Source: a virus. Taken from it: 33,788 nucleotides of DNA. The DNA is taken from the UHGV virus genome UHGV-0101498. One strand, given 5' to 3'. The translations under genes were made by a program, and so were the position numbers. The stretch's first letter is position 1. The number at the start of each line of letters is the position of its first letter. The notes under the pieces are model-generated. The model was not told the DNA's origin, made no database searches, and was given only the letters and a program-made list of their open reading frames with translations. Below are positions 1-8,996 of the stretch, one piece after another.

Positions 1-9
1 TTAGCAAGG

Positions 10-29
10 TTGTGTACATTTGTACACAA
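10..29. promoter_or_regulatory. Near-perfect palindrome TTGTGTACA-tt-TGTACACAA overlapping the start of the TetR-family gene; probable autoregulatory operator
   Basis: Read directly: 9-bp inverted arms separated by 2 bp, immediately 5' of the regulator ATG at 50. Operator role is inference. Confidence 0.45.
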
Positions 30-49
30 TTGCAGACAGAGGAAATGAC

Positions 50-586
50 ATGCGTCGCGCTAACGATCCGCAACGGCGAGAAAAAATTATCCAGGCCACG
101 CTGGAGGCGGTGAAACTTTACGGAATACATGCTGTTACGCACCGCAAAATTGCTACCCTTGCCGGGGTACCGTTGGGATCGATGACCTACTATTTTTCAG
201 GAATTGATGAGTTGTTGCTGGAGGCGTTCAGCAGTTTTACTGAGATTATGTCCCGGCAATATCAGGCATTTTTTAGCGATGTTAGTGATGCTCAAGGCGC
301 ATGCCAGGCTATCACCGATATGATCTACAGCTCACAGGTTGCAACGCCGGATAATATGGAGCTGATGTACCAGCTCTACGCGCTGGCTAGCCGAAAACCG
401 CTATTAAAAACGGTAATGCAAAACTGGATGCAGCGCAGTCAGCAAACGCTCGAACAATGGTTTGAACCCGGAACCGCCCGCGCGCTTGATGCGTTTATTG
501 AGGGGATGACGCTGCATTTTGTCACCGACCGTAAGCCGCTATCGCGCGAGGAGATTTTGAGGATGGTTGAGAGGGTTGCAGGGTAG
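50..586 (+). CDS. rcdA: TetR-family transcriptional regulator, RcdA/YbjK-like (178 aa); host gene flanking the prophage
   Basis: ORF 20..586 (TTG at 20); in-frame ATG at 50 gives [40 protein letters not shown] with an N-terminal HTH. Identity to E. coli RcdA is recalled, not searched. Confidence 0.7.
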   Translation: MRRANDPQRREKIIQATLEAVKLYGIHAVTHRKIATLAGVPLGSMTYYFSGIDELLLEAFSSFTEIMSRQYQAFFSDVSDAQGACQAITDMIYSSQVATPDNMELMYQLYALASRKPLLKTVMQNWMQRSQQTLEQWFEPGTARALDAFIEGMTLHFVTDRKPLSREEILRMVERVAG

Positions 587-635
587 TAGATAAATTTTAG
601 ATAACAAAAAACCCATTTATGTAAACGGGTTAATG

Positions 636-669
636 AAAACAATAAGTTAGATTAAAAACAATAAGTTAG
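636..669. repeat. Tandem direct repeat, 2 x AAAACAATAAGTTAG separated by ATTA, in the flank between rcdA and int
   Basis: Seen directly; function unknown (possible arm-type or IHF-like site next to attL). Confidence 0.5.
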
Positions 670-690
670 GTTGGTGGTCAGTGGTGGTTA

Positions 691-1743
691 TTACGGGGTA
701 ATGCCAACCGCTGCCGCCACTTTGTCGCCACTTGGCAGCGTTGCCAGAGGATTGAAACGGAGCGCCGTTTCCAGATGATCCGGTGCCAGATGTGCGTAAC
801 GCATAGTCATTTTTATATCGTGGTGTCCGAGAATTTTTTGTAAGGCCAGAATGTTTCCACCCGACATCATGAAGTGCGCCGCAAACGTATGGCGCAGAAC
901 GTGTGTGAGTTGACCGCGAGGGAGCACGATAGACGTTTTTTCCATCACGGATAAAAATTGAAAATAGCAGTCTGTGAAGAAATTGAACCCATCAAGCGCC
1001 ATGATCTCTTCGTAAAGCTCTTTACTGATAGGGATGCTTCTGTTTTTCTTCCCCTTCGTTCTGACAAAGGTAATTCGGTATTTGGTCACCTGTGAGCGGG
1101 TAAGATTTACGGCTTCACGCCAGCGTGCGCCTGTGCTTAAGCATATCTTAACTACCAGTGCCAGAATTGGGTCCTGACGTTTGCAATCAGCCAGCAATTC
1201 AACAATCTGCTCATGGGTAAGCCATGCCATCTCTTTTTCTGCGATGGTGAATTTTCGCATGTTCTCCAGTGGGTTCGGATACGACCATTCGCCCAGACGG
1301 GATAGTTCGCTAAAAACACTACTTAGATAGCTTTGCTCCAGGTTAATGGTGACCGGGCTTGCTCCTTTCTTCCATTTCTCGCTGAAGTAGATCTCGCCTG
1401 TCAGGCGTTTATCTCGATAGTGGGCAAACATTTTAGAGGTGAGATCGGTTGCAAGAGGATTGCCCAGAGCGTCAACCATCAACAGCAATTTGTCATAGAC
1501 ATGCTGCCCAGCTGTCAGAGATTTACCATGTAGTTTGAACCATAGCTCAACCACGTCTTTCAGTGTTCGACGATCCACTGATTCACCCAGCCAGGGCTTT
1601 GCTTCGGTTTCTTCCATCGTGTGGCGCTCAAAAGCCAGTGCTTCGCCTTTGGTGACGAATTGTTTACGCACACGACGCCCACTTCGTCCGGCGGGGTAAC
1701 ATTCGCAAAGCCATTTCCCAGTGGTGAGTTTTCGTACTGCCAT
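691..1743 (-). CDS. int: Tyrosine integrase, P2 Int-like (351 aa)
   Basis: ORF 691..1899; internal ATG at 1743 preceded by GGAGGG; C-terminus carries the tyrosine-recombinase motifs (HVLRHTFAAH...LGHHDIKMTMRYAHL). Confidence 0.85.
   Translation of the reverse strand: MAVRKLTTGKWLCECYPAGRSGRRVRKQFVTKGEALAFERHTMEETEAKPWLGESVDRRTLKDVVELWFKLHGKSLTAGQHVYDKLLLMVDALGNPLATDLTSKMFAHYRDKRLTGEIYFSEKWKKGASPVTINLEQSYLSSVFSELSRLGEWSYPNPLENMRKFTIAEKEMAWLTHEQIVELLADCKRQDPILALVVKICLSTGARWREAVNLTRSQVTKYRITFVRTKGKKNRSIPISKELYEEIMALDGFNFFTDCYFQFLSVMEKTSIVLPRGQLTHVLRHTFAAHFMMSGGNILALQKILGHHDIKMTMRYAHLAPDHLETALRFNPLATLPSGDKVAAAVGITP
708..730. repeat. Putative attL core (overlaps the 3' end of int)
   Basis: 22/23 identity with 33738-33760 in otherwise unrelated sequence context. 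Confidence 0.5.
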
Positions 1744-1931
1744 AAAAAATGCCCTCCAGTAGAGAGCATTTTCACTGTATGTATAACCAGTGTCAATGTA
1801 TGAAATCCTACGACCATACATCTCACTGAAGCCATAATTAAGTTGGCTATTCTTTTTGCTATGTGAGCATGTAACTTTTGCGGTTAACCTGCGGCTCATT
1901 TTTATTTTAGACGCAGATATAAAAGCAAAAG

Positions 1932-2123
1932 TTATCGTGAGTTTTTAGTACAGATTTTTTTGGATTTACTAATAGTTCCATCATTGCAAACGAATTTGCC
2001 ATCTGAGGTACAGTGAGAAACACCTCCCTTTTTCCCTGAGCAGGGATAATTTCTAGCATAGGTAGTTAGTGGGTTTAATAACAAAGAACATGACAAAACC
2101 ACAAAAAATACCTTACCAAGCAT
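1932..2123 (-). CDS. Small secreted cysteine-rich protein (63 aa), predicted signal peptide; cargo gene between cI and int
   Basis: Strong RBS (GGGAGG, 6-nt spacer); hydrophobic N-terminus then a Cys/Lys-rich mature part; AT-rich relative to neighbours. Confidence 0.55.
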   Translation of the reverse strand: MLGKVFFVVLSCSLLLNPLTTYARNYPCSGKKGGVSHCTSDGKFVCNDGTISKSKKICTKNSR

Positions 2124-2138
2124 AGTTTCCTCCCGGTA

Positions 2139-2795
2139 CTATTTAACATACTTGACTGTTAAACTTATAATTTTACCAATTATTTCAATGTCTTCTATCT
2201 TGCATTCGAAGGCTCTGTTTCCACCCTCGACGAAGATTCTTCCACCGGGTAAACGAGTAATGTCACGGATCGTTATTTCGCCATCAATACTTATTACCCA
2301 TTTACCATCACGTATATCATCAAATTCTTTATCACAAATAAATTCAGAATTGTTATCTGTGATGACAAAAGGTTTTTTAAACGTAGAGGGTAGAAATCCC
2401 TTATCAAAAATATAAAAACCGTCTTTCTGCAATGCTCCATCAGACAATAAATATTTTTCTACTTCTATAGTATTTGTATTTGCTGATGCTTGCTTTGAAC
2501 CATGCCCTGTTGTTAGCCAATTAAGCGAGGTGCCCGTTTCAAGGGCGCACTGGATTACCCAATCTGCTGGAAAAATATCACGCATATAGCGCGTTGCCAT
2601 GGTGCTCTTAGAAACACCTAAATGATCACATAGAGCCTGACGGGTACCGAACCCATATGCTTCAACTAAACGTTCTATGGCTTTCTTACCGCCGCTATTG
2701 AAATCCACAAGTCCTCCAAAGAAATCCAAAATTCGTTGACAGATTCCAAAAGCGATCTTAAAGTTGAACCAGAAGTGTTCTTTTGGAGCCTTCAC
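2139..2795 (-). CDS. cI: Immunity repressor, phage 186 CI-like (HTH then C-terminal domain)
   Basis: Translation contains ERLVEAYGFGTRQALCDHLGVSKSTMATRYMRD...CALETGTSLNWLTTG, resembling 186 CI as recalled; GTG start at 2795; divergent from apl. Confidence 0.75.
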   Translation of the reverse strand: MKAPKEHFWFNFKIAFGICQRILDFFGGLVDFNSGGKKAIERLVEAYGFGTRQALCDHLGVSKSTMATRYMRDIFPADWVIQCALETGTSLNWLTTGHGSKQASANTNTIEVEKYLLSDGALQKDGFYIFDKGFLPSTFKKPFVITDNNSEFICDKEFDDIRDGKWVISIDGEITIRDITRLPGGRIFVEGGNRAFECKIEDIEIIGKIISLTVKYVK

Positions 2796-2853
2796 TACTA
2801 ATCACGACAAACAACGGCTCGCCACAAGCCATATCTAGAAGGAATGTTGCCTT

Positions 2854-3057
2854 ATGACACCTAACATTTCAATTACTCTGAATACACCACATGTCACAAT
2901 CGAACGTTATAGCGAACTGACTGGCCTTTCTATTGATACGATTAACGACATGTTGGCTGATGGCCGACTACCTCGTCATCGTCTTCGTAAAGACAAAAAA
3001 CGTGAAAAGGTAATGATTAACCTGGCTGCTCTGACTGTTGATGCTTTGTCTGCTTAA
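2854..3057 (+). CDS. apl: Apl-like excisionase/repressor (Cox functional analogue), 67 aa
   Basis: First gene of the rightward early operon, divergent from cI; small HTH protein; RBS GGAA 9 nt upstream. Confidence 0.65.
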   Translation: MTPNISITLNTPHVTIERYSELTGLSIDTINDMLADGRLPRHRLRKDKKREKVMINLAALTVDALSA

Positions 3058-3121
3058 TAGACGTCTATTTTCGCAATAAGACGCTGAGTTCGATTTTGCG
3101 ATAAGTTCGGAGTTGAAAACC

Positions 3122-3631
3122 ATGTTTGATTACCAAGTTTCCAAACATCCACATTTTGATGAAGCCTGTCGTGCATTCGCACTGCGCCACAATCTGGTGC
3201 AACTGGCAGAACGTGCGGGCATGAATGTGCAGATTCTGCGGAACAAGCTGAACCCAGCTCAACCTCATTTATTAACCGCACCAGAAATCTGGCTGCTTAC
3301 CGATCTGACTGAAGATTCAACGTTGGTAGATGGTTTTCTGGCACAGATTCATTGTCTGCCATGTGTACCGATTAATGAGGTAGCAAAAGAGAAACTGCCG
3401 CATTACGTCATGAGCGCAACTGCAGAGATCGGGCGTGTTGCAGCAGGTGCGGTATCTGGTGATGTAAAAACTAGTGCCGGTCGTCGTGATGCTATCAGCA
3501 GCATTAACTCTGTAACACGACTGATGGCGCTGGCTGCTGTTTCATTGCAGGCCCGTTTACAGGCTAATCCTGCGATGGCGAGTGCAGTTGATACCGTGAC
3601 TGGCCTCGGTGCTTCATTCGGTTTGCTGTGA
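3122..3631 (+). CDS. cII: CII-like lysogeny-establishment activator (169 aa)
   Basis: [24 protein letters not shown]... with [25 protein letters not shown], strongly resembling 186 CII as recalled; GGAG 9 nt before the ATG at 3122 (ORF track starts at TTG 3113). Confidence 0.8.
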   Translation: MFDYQVSKHPHFDEACRAFALRHNLVQLAERAGMNVQILRNKLNPAQPHLLTAPEIWLLTDLTEDSTLVDGFLAQIHCLPCVPINEVAKEKLPHYVMSATAEIGRVAAGAVSGDVKTSAGRRDAISSINSVTRLMALAAVSLQARLQANPAMASAVDTVTGLGASFGLL

Positions 3632-3638
3632 GGTGCTT

Positions 3639-3935
3639 ATGCTGACGAAAGAACCATCATTTGCATCGCTGCTGGTAAAACAAAGCCCGGCAATGCACTA
3701 CGGTCACGGCTGGATCACGGGTGAGGATGGAAAACGCTGGCATCCATGTCATTCACAAGATGAATTGCTGTCTGAATTGACCACGAGGAAACGGAGAAAG
3801 TCCAAATGTATGCGGCAGAAAGTGAAGTGGTTTATCAGTTTCGTTACAGAGGGGAGAGTTATTCAGTACCTGAAGATGATTTGCTCTGTTGCTATCCGTC
3901 ATTGTCGGGCGATGGCAGTTACTTTTTCACGTTAA
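3639..3935 (+). CDS. Hypothetical early protein (position of 186 fil); the 3' half may not be coding
   Basis: ATG 3639 with GAGGTG RBS directly after the cII stop; the distal part is Cys/Arg-rich and overlaps the next ORF by 130 nt in another frame. Confidence 0.4.
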   Translation: MLTKEPSFASLLVKQSPAMHYGHGWITGEDGKRWHPCHSQDELLSELTTRKRRKSKCMRQKVKWFISFVTEGRVIQYLKMICSVAIRHCRAMAVTFSR

Positions 3936-4030
3936 AGGATGGGACGTTTTTACGGGGAGAGCAGGTTAAAGAGACGATACGAAAAAATGTATCTCCTCTT
4001 GAGCGTTACCGTAAGAACAAAGAACGATAG
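3806..4030 (+). CDS. Hypothetical early protein (74 aa)
   Basis: ATG with GGAG 9 nt upstream; protein-like composition. Confidence 0.5.
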   Translation: MYAAESEVVYQFRYRGESYSVPEDDLLCCYPSLSGDGSYFFTLKDGTFLRGEQVKETIRKNVSPLERYRKNKER

Positions 4031-4052
4031 CTGCGTTTGGGGGATATGAAGT

Positions 4053-4394
4053 ATGGCAATTAATGGCGCTGCAGCAACTGTTCCATTAAGCCCCGGTGAA
4101 CGCCTGAATGGACTTAATCACATTGCAGAGTTAAGGGCGAAAGTTTTTGGCCTGAATATTGAGTCAGAGCTTGAGCGGTTTATTAAAGATATGCGTGATC
4201 CACGGGATATTAATTATGAACGAAATAAACGAGCACTGGCTGCTATATTCTTTATAGCAAAAATTCCAGCTGAACGTCATAGCATCAGCATTAATGAGCT
4301 GACCACTGACGAAAAGCGGGAGTTGATTAAAGTAATGAATCATCTTCGTGCAGTGGTGAGCTTATTTCCCAGACGGCTAGCCATGCCGAATTAA
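4053..4394 (+). CDS. Hypothetical early protein (113 aa)
   Basis: ORF with upstream G-rich RBS; early operon position. Confidence 0.55.
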   Translation: MAINGAAATVPLSPGERLNGLNHIAELRAKVFGLNIESELERFIKDMRDPRDINYERNKRALAAIFFIAKIPAERHSISINELTTDEKRELIKVMNHLRAVVSLFPRRLAMPN

Positions 4395-4455
4395 CCAATT
4401 AATGAAATTCATGGCGTAAACCCGCCGGGCATTCCTTTATCTAAATTCAGGAGAA

Positions 4456-4695
4456 TTGATTATGCGTAATATTGAAACCCTCTCGACTAAAACCGGACCG
4501 GATGACGCAGGACTTAATATTTTACTGACAGAGGCTCGTCTGGAAGAACGTCGGGCAAGAGCTGAAGCAATGGCAGCTCGCCTTGATAGCCTTGCGTGCC
4601 ATATCACATCCCGCCAGCTAAACCACGTTGAAGCGGCTGAACTGCTGCGTGTGGCAGCTGAAGCAATCCAGAACGAAGCGCAGGAGATCCACTAA
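4456..4695 (+). CDS. Hypothetical early protein (79 aa), predicted helical
   Basis: RBS AGGAGA upstream; stop overlaps the next start (TAATG). Confidence 0.55.
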   Translation: MIMRNIETLSTKTGPDDAGLNILLTEARLEERRARAEAMAARLDSLACHITSRQLNHVEAAELLRVAAEAIQNEAQEIH

Positions 4696-4922
4696 TGGCT
4701 GATGCAATGGATCTCGTACAGCAGCGCGTTGAAGAAGAACGCCAGCGTCATATCCGTGCTGCCCGTGCCAAAACGCCGGGCGTGTCCCGCGTGCTTTGCA
4801 TTGAGTGTGAAGCGCCAATTCCGCCAGCACGCCGCCGTGCCATTCCGGGTGTGCAGCTTTGCATTACCTGTCAGGAAATCGCAGAGCTGAAAGGCAAACA
4901 TTACAACGGAGGTGCTGTATGA
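4695..4922 (+). CDS. TraR/DksA-family C4 zinc-finger protein (75 aa)
   Basis: CIECEAPIP...(16 aa)...CITCQ; AGGAG RBS; a conserved small protein of P2-like early operons. Confidence 0.7.
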   Translation: MADAMDLVQQRVEEERQRHIRAARAKTPGVSRVLCIECEAPIPPARRRAIPGVQLCITCQEIAELKGKHYNGGAV

Positions 4923-5776
4923 GCACCATCCTGAAATGGGCGGGAAATAAAACCGCCATTATGTCCGAACTGAAAAAGCATCTTCCTGCTGGCCCGCGAC
5001 TGGTTGAACCTTTCGCGGGTTCCTGTGCAGTGATGATGGAGACGGAGTACCCCAGCTATCTTGTTGCGGATATTAATCCTGATTTAATCAACCTCTATAA
5101 AAAGGTTGCTGCTGATTGTGAATCGTTTATATCTCGCGCCAGAGTTTTATTTGAGATCGCAAACAGGGGGGTGGCTTATTACAACATAAGGCAGGAGTTT
5201 AATTACTCAACTGAAATTACTGATTTCATGAAAGCGGTATATTTCCTGTATCTCAATCGTCACGGTTACCGTGGTTTATGTCGCTATAACAAGAGCGGGC
5301 ATTTCAACATTCCCTACGGTAATTATAAAAATCCGTATTTCCCTGAAAAAGAAATTCGCGCATTTGCAGAAAAAGCCCAGCGAGCAACGTTTATCTGCGC
5401 CAGCTTTGATGAAACGCTGGCGATGTTGAAGGCGGGGGATGTGGTGTATTGCGATCCGCCGTATGACGGTACGTTTTCCGGCTATCACACTGATGGTTTC
5501 ACTGAAGATGACCAGTATCACCTGGCATCCGTTCTTGAACATCGGTCATCAGAAGGACATCCGGTCATTGTTTCTAACAGTGATACATCCCTGATCCGTT
5601 CGCTGTATCGCAATTTTACTCACCACTATATCAAGGTAAAACGCAGCATCGGTGTGGCAGCTGGCGAGGGTAAATCAGCAACAGAAATCATTGCTGTTTC
5701 CGGGCCGCGCTGCTGGGTGGGATTTGATTATTCGCGTGGCGTGGATAGTTCTGCCGTGTACGGAGTACGTGCATGA
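4919..5776 (+). CDS. dam: DNA adenine methyltransferase (Dam-like N6-adenine MTase), 285 aa
   Basis: FAGSCAV SAM-binding motif and DPPY catalytic motif ([10 protein letters not shown]); GGAGGT RBS; stop overlaps the A start (ATGA). Confidence 0.85.
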   Translation: MSTILKWAGNKTAIMSELKKHLPAGPRLVEPFAGSCAVMMETEYPSYLVADINPDLINLYKKVAADCESFISRARVLFEIANRGVAYYNIRQEFNYSTEITDFMKAVYFLYLNRHGYRGLCRYNKSGHFNIPYGNYKNPYFPEKEIRAFAEKAQRATFICASFDETLAMLKAGDVVYCDPPYDGTFSGYHTDGFTEDDQYHLASVLEHRSSEGHPVIVSNSDTSLIRSLYRNFTHHYIKVKRSIGVAAGEGKSATEIIAVSGPRCWVGFDYSRGVDSSAVYGVRA

Positions 5777-8187
5777 GCCATGCCGATATGAACAACTGCT
5801 GCGGCTTTAACGAGGCTGCCGCAGCGTTCTCATGGAACAGCCCGAAAAAGGCCATTAACCCTTATCTGGACCCGGCGGAAGTTGCGCCGGTTTCTGCGCT
5901 TTCAAACCTGATCGCTCTGTACGCTGCCGATAACGAACAGGAACACCTGCGCCGCGAGGCACTGAGTGATCAGGTCTGGGAGCGTTATTTCTTTAATGAA
6001 TCCCGTGATCCTGTCCAGCGCGAAATGGAGCAGGATAAGCTCATTAGTCGGGCAAAGCTGGCGCATGAGCAGCAGCGTTTTAATCCAGATATGGTCATTC
6101 TGGCGGACGTCAATGCCCAGCCTTCCCATATCAGCAAGCCGCTGATGCAACGTATTGAATACTTCAGCAGCCTGGGCAGGCCAAAGGCTTATTCCCGCTA
6201 TTTGCGTGAGACGATTAAGCCATGTTTGGAGCGACTGGAGCATGTACGCGACAGCCAGCTATCTGCATCTTTTCGTTTTATGGCAAGCCATGTAGGGCTG
6301 GACGGCCTGCTGATTCTGCCTGAAATGAGTCAGGATCAGGTGAAACGCCTGTCTACTCTTGTCGCTGCGCATATGAGCATGTGTCTTGATGCCGCTTGTG
6401 GTGATTTGTACGCCACCGATGATGTTAAGCCAGAAGAAATCCGCAAGACATGGGAAAAGGTGGCAGCAGAAACCCTGCGACTGGATGTTATCCCGCCTGC
6501 GTTTGAGCAACTTCGTCGGAAAAGAAACCGCCGTAAACCCGTGCCCTATGAACTCATTCCGGGTTCGCTGGCGCGTATGTTGTGCGCCGATTGGTGGTAC
6601 CGGAAATTATGGAAGATGCGTTGCGAATGGCGGGAAGAGCAGTTGCGTGCTGTTTGCCTGGTCAGCAAAAAAGCATCTCCCTATGTCAGCTATGAAGCCG
6701 TGATGCATAAACGTGAGCAGCGCCGTAAGTCGCTGGAGTTTTTCCGTTCTCATGAACTGGTGAACGAAGACGGCGACACGCTGGACATGGAGGATGTGGT
6801 AAACGCCAGCAGCAGCAACCCGGCGCATCGCCGCAATGAGATGATGGCCTGTGTTAAAGGTCTGGAGCTTATCGCAGAAATGCGCAGTGACTGTGCCGTT
6901 TTCTACACTATCACCTGTCCGTCGCGTTTCCATTCCACGCTCAATAACGGCAGACCAAACCCGACCTGGACAAACGCGACGGTAAGACAAAGCAGCGATT
7001 ATCTGGTCGGCATGTTTGCTGCATTTCGTAAGGCTATGCACAAAGCCGGGTTGCGCTGGTATGGCGTGCGGGTGGCTGAACCGCATCATGACGGCACAGT
7101 TCACTGGCACCTGTTGTGTTTCATGCGCAAAAAAGACCGCCGCGCCATTACTGCATTGTTGCGTAAGTTTGCCATCCGTGAAGACCGCGAGGAGCTGGGC
7201 AATAACACGGGGCCACGCTTTAAGTCTGAGCTGATAAACCCGCGCAAAGGTACGCCAACAAGCTACATCGCGAAATACATCAGTAAGAACATTGACGGGC
7301 GTGGTCTGGCTGGCGAGATCAGCAAGGAAACGGGTAAATCCCTGCGTGATAACGCTGAATACGTTAATGCCTGGGCGTCTCTGCATCGTGTTCAGCAATT
7401 CCGCTTCTTTGGTATTCCGGGGCGTCAGGCTTACCGTGAACTTCGCTTGCTGGCTGGTCAGGCGGCAAGGCAACAGGGTGACAAAAAAGCAGGTGCGCCG
7501 GTACTGGATAACCCGCGTCTTGATGCCATTCTGGCTGCTGCTGATGCTGGTTGTTTTGCCACCTACATCATGAAGCAGGGCGGCGTACTGGTTCCCCGTA
7601 AATATCACCTCATCAGAACCGCTTATGAAATCAACGAAGAGCCGACCGCCTATGGCGATCACGGCATTCGTATTTATGGCATCTGGTCACCCATTGCAGA
7701 GGGCAAGATCTGCACTCATGCAGTGAAGTGGAAAATGGTTCGTAAAGCCGTTGACGTTCAGGAGGCGGCAGCCGACCAGGGCGCTTGCGCCCCTTGGACT
7801 CGTGGCAATAACTGTCCCCTTGCTGAAAATTTGAACCAACAGGAGAAAGATAAATCAGCTGATGGGGACCCCAGAACGGACATTACCAGCATGGATGACA
7901 AGGAGTTGCACGATTACCTGCACAGTATGAACAAAAAAGAGCGCCGGGAACTGGCTGCAAGGTTACGCCTGGTGAAACCGAAACGGCGTAAAGACTACAA
8001 ACAGCGAATTACAGACCATCAGCGACTGCAGCTCGTGTATGAGCTGAAGTCCAGAGGATTTGATGGCAGCGAGAAAGAGGTCGATTTACTCCTTCGCGGA
8101 GGCAGTATTCCGTCAGGAGCAGGCCTGCGTATCTTCTATCGGAACCAGCGTTTGCAAGAAGATGATCAGTGGCGGAACCTGTATTAA
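5773..8187 (+). CDS. A: Replication initiation protein A (rolling-circle endonuclease, P2 gpA-like), 804 aa
   Basis: Large ORF in the P2 gpA position; motif [16 protein letters not shown] (paired tyrosines) and HWHLLCF (HUH-like). Confidence 0.85.
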   Translation: MSHADMNNCCGFNEAAAAFSWNSPKKAINPYLDPAEVAPVSALSNLIALYAADNEQEHLRREALSDQVWERYFFNESRDPVQREMEQDKLISRAKLAHEQQRFNPDMVILADVNAQPSHISKPLMQRIEYFSSLGRPKAYSRYLRETIKPCLERLEHVRDSQLSASFRFMASHVGLDGLLILPEMSQDQVKRLSTLVAAHMSMCLDAACGDLYATDDVKPEEIRKTWEKVAAETLRLDVIPPAFEQLRRKRNRRKPVPYELIPGSLARMLCADWWYRKLWKMRCEWREEQLRAVCLVSKKASPYVSYEAVMHKREQRRKSLEFFRSHELVNEDGDTLDMEDVVNASSSNPAHRRNEMMACVKGLELIAEMRSDCAVFYTITCPSRFHSTLNNGRPNPTWTNATVRQSSDYLVGMFAAFRKAMHKAGLRWYGVRVAEPHHDGTVHWHLLCFMRKKDRRAITALLRKFAIREDREELGNNTGPRFKSELINPRKGTPTSYIAKYISKNIDGRGLAGEISKETGKSLRDNAEYVNAWASLHRVQQFRFFGIPGRQAYRELRLLAGQAARQQGDKKAGAPVLDNPRLDAILAAADAGCFATYIMKQGGVLVPRKYHLIRTAYEINEEPTAYGDHGIRIYGIWSPIAEGKICTHAVKWKMVRKAVDVQEAAADQGACAPWTRGNNCPLAENLNQQEKDKSADGDPRTDITSMDDKELHDYLHSMNKKERRELAARLRLVKPKRRKDYKQRITDHQRLQLVYELKSRGFDGSEKEVDLLLRGGSIPSGAGLRIFYRNQRLQEDDQWRNLY

Positions 8188-8279
8188 TTACGCGGGTTAA
8201 CAATTCGTGCTCTTAATAATACCAGGCATATCAGGCTGATGAACGTAAAAAAACGTTTTACATCAGTAAGATTATTATA

Positions 8280-8299
8280 TACTGTAAATATAAACAGTG
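8280..8299. promoter_or_regulatory. LexA (SOS) box tACTGT-N8-ACAGtg upstream of the tum-like operon
   Basis: Seen directly: CTGT(8282-8285)-N8-ACAG(8294-8297), about 42 bp upstream of the ATG at 8341. Confidence 0.7.
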
Positions 8300-8340
8300 G
8301 TTATGCGTACAGTATTGCGTGTGGTGTCATAGGAGGAAAG

Positions 8341-8529
8341 ATGCAGGACTATTTTTTGGAGTCTTTGAAGCTCCAGCGCATTGATTTTTTTCTTAAGCTT
8401 GTAGCGGCTAGCGAGTGTAGTGATGAAGAGAAGGGGCTGGCTCTGCAGTGGGTTTCTGAATTGACTGATGAACTCATGGCAAAAATCAGAACCCACGAAT
8501 ACAACCGCTCAATGGATGTCATCAGCTGA
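8341..8529 (+). CDS. Small protein (62 aa), candidate Tum-like antirepressor N-terminal module
   Basis: AGGAGG RBS; directly downstream of the LexA box and followed by a DinI-like ORF, matching the recalled layout of the 186 tum locus. Confidence 0.45.
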   Translation: MQDYFLESLKLQRIDFFLKLVAASECSDEEKGLALQWVSELTDELMAKIRTHEYNRSMDVIS

Positions 8530-8539
8530 GGTGACTTTT

Positions 8540-8773
8540 ATGCGCATTGAAATAATGATCGATAAAGAGCAGAAGATTAGCCAGTCTACCCTGGACGCCC
8601 TTGAATCCGAGCTTTACCGCAATCTGCGCCCCCTGTATCCCAAAACGGTAATTCGCATTCGCAAAGGTAGCTCTAACGGTGTGGAACTAACCGGACTGCA
8701 ACTGGACGAAGAAAGAAAACAAGTGATGAAAATTATGCAGAAGGTGTGGGAAGACGACAGCTGGCTGCATTAA
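8540..8773 (+). CDS. DinI-family protein (77 aa)
   Basis: MRIEIMIDK...LDALESELYRNL...VWEDDSWLH follows the DinI pattern (MRIE..IAK...DAL..EL...TWESADDWF); GAGGTG RBS. Confidence 0.7.
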   Translation: MRIEIMIDKEQKISQSTLDALESELYRNLRPLYPKTVIRIRKGSSNGVELTGLQLDEERKQVMKIMQKVWEDDSWLH

Positions 8774-8908
8774 GAAACGTTGCTGGCGTCTGAACTTGCT
8801 TCTGGCGTCAGCAAGGTTGAACAACGAGCCCTTGCGAGGCGTTAGCTCTGTAGTGCATGTCTATGCCGCATGAGATCGCATGATCGTTTGAGGATCGTTT
8901 TTGCTAAG

Positions 8909-8933
8909 GCCCGCCAGAACTGGCGGGCTTTTG
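8909..8933 (+). terminator. Rho-independent terminator after the tum/DinI-like operon
   Basis: GC-rich inverted repeat GCCCGCCAG/CTGGCGGGC followed by TTTTG. Confidence 0.6.
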
Positions 8934-8977
8934 CGTAGATCATGCAGGTGCATGAAAACCACTACATAAAGCGGGCA

Positions 8978-8996
8978 GGCGTGGCGGGGATACGAG
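8978..8996. other. Putative cos (cohesive-end) site
   Basis: GGCGTGGCGGGGATACGAG resembles the 19-nt cohesive ends of P2/186 (recalled as GGCG[A/T]GGCGGGGAAAGCA...); lies between the A-side genes and Q. Confidence 0.5.

Noticed and set aside
587-640. Possible rho-independent terminator after rcdA (AACCC...GGGTT)
   Set aside because: The stem is only about 5 bp with a 12-nt loop and no clear T-tract.
439-642. 67-aa minus-strand ORF overlapping the 3' end of rcdA
   Set aside because: Antisense to the regulator gene; no RBS; likely spurious.
6607-7662. 351-aa ORF on the minus strand inside replication gene A
   Set aside because: Antisense to a strongly supported gene; its translation is low-complexity and Arg/Cys-rich with no recognisable domain; typical spurious ORF in GC-rich coding DNA.
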